Origin: Thermoplasmata archaeon
GTDB lineage: Archaea > Thermoplasmatota > E2 > DHVEG-1
DNA: 63,144 bases
Direction: 5' to 3'
Assembly (NCBI GenBank): GCA_003942085.1
Contig: DQIQ01000004.1
Span: forward strand, 1 to 63,144
The translations under genes and the position numbers were made by a program. Numbering within the stretch: position 1 is the first letter of the stretch; the number at the start of each line of letters is the position of its first letter. The notes beneath the pieces are model-generated. The model ran no database searches, was not told where the DNA came from, and saw nothing but the letters and a program-made list of their open reading frames with translations. Shown one piece after another: positions 58,609 through 63,144 of this stretch.

Positions 58609-59647
58609 GCATTTTAACTCCTTCTTTTTGAAGGTCGGCGTGGACCATGATCTTGACGAGCTCTTCAAAACATACTTTCGGTTTCCATCCAAGAACAGTC
58701 CTTGCTTTTGTAGAATCCCCTCGTAGATAGTCGACTTCAGCTGGTCTGAAGTAATGAGGTGATACTTCGATATAGACGCGTTTTTTACTCGAATCGATCC
58801 CAACTTCATTAACACCTTTTCCGCTCCATTCTATCGATATCCCTACTTCTTTAAATGCATGTTCTATGAATTCTCGAACACTATGCGTTTCGCCGGTTGC
58901 GATGACAAAATCATCAGGTTTTTTTTGTTGTAGCATCATCCACATTGCTTCGACATAATCTGGTGCGTATCCCCAGTCACGCATCGCATTCATATTTCCC
59001 ATGTACAGTTTTTCTTGTTTTCCGGCAAGGATTTTTGCAATACTCATAGTTATTTTTCTTGTGACGAAATTTTCCCCTCGGCGAGGAGATTCATGGTTGA
59101 ATAAAATACCGTTCCATATTTTCATGTGGTAAGCTTCGCGGTAGTTGACTGCTATCCAATGTGCATATAATTTTGCAGCAGCATAGGGGGACTTTGCATA
59201 AAAATGAGTGTCTTCATTTTGTTTCTCAGGGGATGAGCCAAATAATTCGCTTGTGGAAGCATTATATATTTTTGTATTTTCGATAAGATTTGTTGAACGA
59301 ATTCCTTCTAACAATCGTAATGTTCCTATTGCATCAGCATCAGCACTGTACACCGGTACTTCAAAGGAGACATGTACATGCGATTGTGCTGCAAGATGGT
59401 AAACTTCATCTGGTTCAACTTCTTTTAAAATATGTAGAAGACTTGTCGCATCGGTCATGTCTCCATAATGCAGAAGTAACCCTTTTTTCTGGTCTTCATG
59501 ATATTTATGGAGGTGTTCTATTCGTTCCCTGTTAAATGTACTTGCTCTTCGTATCAATCCATGCACTTCGTATCCTTTGCTCAGAAGCAGTTCCGCTAAA
59601 TAGGAACCATCTTGACCTGTGACTCCGGTAATAAATGCTTTTTTCAT
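58598..59647 (-). CDS. gmd: GDP-mannose 4,6-dehydratase
   Basis: [35 protein letters not shown]. Confidence 0.93.
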   Translation of the reverse strand: MKKAFITGVTGQDGSYLAELLLSKGYEVHGLIRRASTFNRERIEHLHKYHEDQKKGLLLHYGDMTDATSLLHILKEVEPDEVYHLAAQSHVHVSFEVPVYSADADAIGTLRLLEGIRSTNLIENTKIYNASTSELFGSSPEKQNEDTHFYAKSPYAAAKLYAHWIAVNYREAYHMKIWNGILFNHESPRRGENFVTRKITMSIAKILAGKQEKLYMGNMNAMRDWGYAPDYVEAMWMMLQQKKPDDFVIATGETHSVREFIEHAFKEVGISIEWSGKGVNEVGIDSSKKRVYIEVSPHYFRPAEVDYLRGDSTKARTVLGWKPKVCFEELVKIMVHADLQKEGVKMHGN

Positions 59648-59918
59648 GATTCACCCTTTAAAATTCCTCAATACAAAGATGTTCATAAACCTTATTCCTA
59701 TATTTTATATGAATACTCCTAATTATCGTCTCCGTCTCATATTAACACTCGATATAATCCAGATGAACAATAGGACTTAAAAACTGCATGTTTCAAGCTA
59801 CGAACACGATTCCCTTTGATATTTTCTCAACAGTAACTCGGTAACCACCCAAAACAGTAAGGAACTTTCACTAACAATCCGCCTTTACTACCATTTACAT
59901 ACCTTTTAATCGGCATAG

Positions 59919-60986
59919 TTATTGAAAAAGTAGTTTCTTGATTTCTTCTTTTGAAACCGGTTTGAGGTCTCGTGATGAATAACGATCAACAGAACAATGT
60001 CGCGCAGTTGGATAATCCGATACCGTGTAGCTGATGCTGGGCATTTCTAACTGCGGAGGGATGATCAGCATATCATCGGTTTCAAATCCTACGGATGCTT
60101 CTGATTCGGTCATCAGTTCTTCGAACATTTTTTCACCTGGACGCAGTCCGATGATTCTTTTTTCAATACTTTCTTTTTTATAATGATATTTTTCCGCGTA
60201 CGTTTCAATGATGACGTCTACAAGATCACCAAGTCTGACGACAGGCATTTTTAGGATGAAGACTTCTCCCCCTTTTGCCATGAGCGTTGCTTTGAACACC
60301 AATTCAATAGTATCTGACACAGACATCATGAATCTGGTCATTTCCGGGTTTGTTATGGTTATCGGTCTTTTTTGTCGAATCTGTTCTTCAAAAAGAGGAA
60401 TGACCGACCCTCGTGAGAATGAGACATTGCCGAAACGAACTGAGGAGAAAATCGTTGGTTTTGATCCTTTTCCTTCATTCGCATCGATGATGAGTTTTTC
60501 TGCAAGAAGTTTTGTCGCACCCATGGTATTTACTGGATTGACTGCCTTGTCAGTGCTGATGCTGATAACGCGATCTACCCCTGACTCAAGTGCAGCTTCG
60601 ATGACATTTCGTGTACCAAGGACATTGGTCTTAATCGCCTCAAAGGGATTATATTCACAGAGAGGCACATGCTTCAGTGCTGCTGCATGATACACAATAT
60701 CAATATCTTCCATAGCAAGAAGGACACGTTCTTTATCACGGATATCCCCTATTAAAAATCGTTTATTAGGGATCTCATGGATCATTTTTACCCCAGTATC
60801 GTCTGTCTCATTGATCATCTGGAAGGTGGCGTTTTCATCATTACTGAATATTCGTACAACCTCTGGTTTAAATTTCAGCACGCTTCGTACGATTTCACTG
60901 CCGATGCAGCCAGTGCCACCGGTCACTAAGATTTTTTTTCCTCGAAAGATGTTTTCTAACTGTTTTTGCATCATGATCATCAACAT
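59919..60986 (-). CDS. UDP-GlcNAc 4,6-dehydratase (CapD/PseB-like)
   Basis: TGGTG.IG, HAAALKHVP, STDKA, MGATK, RFGNV, GLRPGEK. Confidence 0.88.
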   Translation of the reverse strand: MLMIMMQKQLENIFRGKKILVTGGTGCIGSEIVRSVLKFKPEVVRIFSNDENATFQMINETDDTGVKMIHEIPNKRFLIGDIRDKERVLLAMEDIDIVYHAAALKHVPLCEYNPFEAIKTNVLGTRNVIEAALESGVDRVISISTDKAVNPVNTMGATKLLAEKLIIDANEGKGSKPTIFSSVRFGNVSFSRGSVIPLFEEQIRQKRPITITNPEMTRFMMSVSDTIELVFKATLMAKGGEVFILKMPVVRLGDLVDVIIETYAEKYHYKKESIEKRIIGLRPGEKMFEELMTESEASVGFETDDMLIIPPQLEMPSISYTVSDYPTARHCSVDRYSSRDLKPVSKEEIKKLLFQ

Positions 60987-62125
60987 CCTTTTTCGATCTC
61001 ATGGAGAATATAATCCATTTCTTTTTTTGTTAAGGAGGGATAGAGAGGAAGGGTAAGAACTTTTTCAGCTATTTCCTCAGTGACAGGTAAATCATTTTTT
61101 TTGTAGTTAAATCCTTTTGTGTAGTACGTTTTCAGATGAACCGGTTCGAAATACACTTTTGTCATAATCCCTGCCTTGGTGAGGTGCTGCTGTAGATGAT
61201 CCCTGGTTTTTTTATCAGGCAGCTCGATCGTATAGAGCTGGTAGACATGATACTCATCTTTTGATTCAGCAGGGGTTCGTATATCCTTCATCTTTGCGAG
61301 TTTTTTTGTATAGTACGCTGCTTTTTCCCTGCGCAGTTGTATGATTTTGTTGAATTTTTTAAATTGTGAAAGCACTAACGCTGCGTTGATACTTGGTAGT
61401 CTGTAATTGTAACCGGCTTGGATGTAATCTAACTCCTGAGTGGTTGCAAAGTAGCCTTCTTTGCTTTCGACACGACCATGAGAACGAATCAGATTGAGTT
61501 TTTCGGCAACGGCCCTGGAATTTGTGACTACGATGCCGCCTTCTCCTGCGGTGATGACTTTGTTTTGGCAGAAGCTGAACATCGCCGCATCACTAAATGT
61601 TCCTACCCGTTTATTATGTATTTTTGCTCCGAGTGATTCTGCGGCATCCTCGATCAGGATAAGGTGATGGTCTTTCGCGATTTCTTGTAATGCTTTGATT
61701 TCTTTACAAGGACCTCCGCCGTAATGAACAGGGATGATCGCCTTTGTTTTACTTGTGATTTTTTCTTTTACGTCCTCGGGGTCTAATGCATAGGATTGCC
61801 CCTCGATGTCAGCAAAAATAGGTGTCGCACCGGTAAGAGCTACAACGTTTGCTGTCGCGATAAAGGTAAAGGATGGTACAATGACTTCATCACCATCTCT
61901 AATATCATACGCCAGTAGTGTTGCATGGAGAGCTGAAGTGCCTGAGTTAAACGAAACCCCCTGTTTCTTTCCAATAAAACCCGCGATGGTGTCTTCCAAT
62001 GTCTGTATTTCCGGGCCCATGGTCCAGTAGCTTCCCCGTTTGATGACCGAGGTAACCGCAGCGATATCCTGTGCGTCCCAGTACATTTTGAAAAGCGGGA
62101 TTTTCCATTTCATTTTTCGATTCAT
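60980..62125 (-). CDS. DegT/DnrJ sugar aminotransferase
   Basis: SGTSALH, EDAAESLG, FSFCQNKVITAGEGG, GYNYR. Confidence 0.92.
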   Translation of the reverse strand: MNRKMKWKIPLFKMYWDAQDIAAVTSVIKRGSYWTMGPEIQTLEDTIAGFIGKKQGVSFNSGTSALHATLLAYDIRDGDEVIVPSFTFIATANVVALTGATPIFADIEGQSYALDPEDVKEKITSKTKAIIPVHYGGGPCKEIKALQEIAKDHHLILIEDAAESLGAKIHNKRVGTFSDAAMFSFCQNKVITAGEGGIVVTNSRAVAEKLNLIRSHGRVESKEGYFATTQELDYIQAGYNYRLPSINAALVLSQFKKFNKIIQLRREKAAYYTKKLAKMKDIRTPAESKDEYHVYQLYTIELPDKKTRDHLQQHLTKAGIMTKVYFEPVHLKTYYTKGFNYKKNDLPVTEEIAEKVLTLPLYPSLTKKEMDYILHEIEKGC

Positions 62126-62246
62126 CCTTTTTATTTTATTTTGCTCATCGATGTGATATTCACCTGATGGTCAGATGGTGCCAGTATCAGGTCTGTTGGT
62201 CGTTGTATCTTTTTTTTTTTTACTTAATTTTGAGAACCATGAACAA

Positions 62247-63144
62247 TCATGGTACGACTTCGTCACCGTTTCGTAGAGCTGCTTCGACGTTTTTCCGTAA
62301 TCGCCATACACCGTCTCGTTTCTCGACGATATCTTTGTTTGCGAATTTATCCACGATCTTCCAGAAATCCTCTTCTTTGTAGTTGATGAATTTAAGAAAA
62401 TCGGTTAGCATTCTTCTGTCAAGCTTCCAATCCTCCGAAATGACTTTTTCCACGGCTTCTTTACGAGTCATCATCCCGTCCCGGATGTAGAGACTGGCGA
62501 CTTCAGTGACCCGCTGGTGGCCGAACTTCGGGAATTTGAACCATGTGTGGGTAAGATAGCCAAGAGAGTCGATTTGATCGTATTGCTCAAGGAACCCGTC
62601 TCGTTTCCATTCGCCGGTATCATCGAGTGTTTTGAACCCTCGGGTTCTTGCGAACTGCATGTTCTTATAGCCGCTCCAGGGGAGGAAGTAACTGAGGAAT
62701 ATGGGATTGAGTTTTATCTTTTTTATTTCTTTTTCAGATGGAAAAATCCCTGGGTTGACATCCTTCATGGTGATGTCTTTATCAAGCCATGTATCCCAGG
62801 GGACTGGCTTTACAACATCATTGGTGATCTGTTTCATGGCACTCGGGGTTTCTTCTGTGTTTGGCCCACCATAGAGGAAGTTCGTGTCTTCACCGTAAAT
62901 GACCAAAGGCAGGTTCAGTTTTACGGCCATCTGCAGGGGGTACGCGTAGATCGCTTTGTCAAAATACCAGGTTGGTGACCCAAGTCGCTCTAACGCTTTT
63001 TTAAACAGATTCTTACAGACTTTCGGGTTCAATGACATGACGTGGGCGTCAACGCCAAATTCAGTGCGGATGTTCTCCCAGTTATGATGACCGGTTTGTG
63101 TCCATGTGAAGTTATCGACGCTTACCAGCAAGGGGTTCATCCCA
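62247..63144 (-). CDS. N-acetyl sugar amidotransferase (WbuX/PseA-like), N-terminus outside the window
   Basis: MNPLLVS, YGE, FLSYFLPW, KFPKFG, IRDGMMTRKEA; the frame is open to the window edge. Confidence 0.75.
   Translation of the reverse strand, partial: GMNPLLVSVDNFTWTQTGHHNWENIRTEFGVDAHVMSLNPKVCKNLFKKALERLGSPTWYFDKAIYAYPLQMAVKLNLPLVIYGEDTNFLYGGPNTEETPSAMKQITNDVVKPVPWDTWLDKDITMKDVNPGIFPSEKEIKKIKLNPIFLSYFLPWSGYKNMQFARTRGFKTLDDTGEWKRDGFLEQYDQIDSLGYLTHTWFKFPKFGHQRVTEVASLYIRDGMMTRKEAVEKVISEDWKLDRRMLTDFLKFINYKEEDFWKIVDKFANKDIVEKRDGVWRLRKNVEAALRNGDEVVP

Noticed and set aside
59650..59918. Possible gene remnant in the gap between gmd and the dehydratase
   Set aside because: Only short, stop-interrupted frames with no recognisable motif.
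238..62978. Numerous short ORF-track entries overlapping the called genes, and extended N-termini (e.g. 12183, 19055, 40960, 58815)
   Set aside because: Antisense or alternate-frame shadows without motifs; better starts with SD or overlap support lie downstream.

Overview
Archaeal chromosomal segment. The evidence is an intron-containing tRNA-Trp with a box C/D guide, an eL41/eS32-type ribosomal peptide, the archaeal mevalonate pathway and TATA-like promoters; overall gene content suggests Thermoplasmatota, possibly DHVEG-1/MBG-D-like (inference). Left to right: 3' end of glycyl-tRNA synthetase; lysine catabolism operon (LKR, SDH, lysine 6-aminotransferase); two tandem beta-propeller proteins sharing an identical 37-bp upstream element; a small AT-rich cassette-like islet; a CRISPR-less Cas4-like nuclease split into two membrane-anchored halves; the Aeropyrum-type mevalonate pathway with an LpdD-like chaperone; an HD/CitF/citryl-CoA lyase operon; a putative biosynthetic cluster (B12 radical SAM, PaaK-like ligases, two UbiA, two nicotianamine-synthase-like proteins, SDR, methyltransferase, divergent transcarbamylase); three tRNAs; a cysteate synthase-APS reductase fusion coupled to a Psd-type decarboxylase; housekeeping and membrane genes; and a surface-glycan locus. 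No CRISPR array, integrase or transposase was seen. All family assignments come from motif recognition by eye, not database searches. Best novelty candidates: the split membrane-tethered Cas4, the cysteate synthase-APS reductase/Psd module, the UbiA/NAS-like/PaaK cluster and the hybrid CitF plus citryl-CoA lyase.
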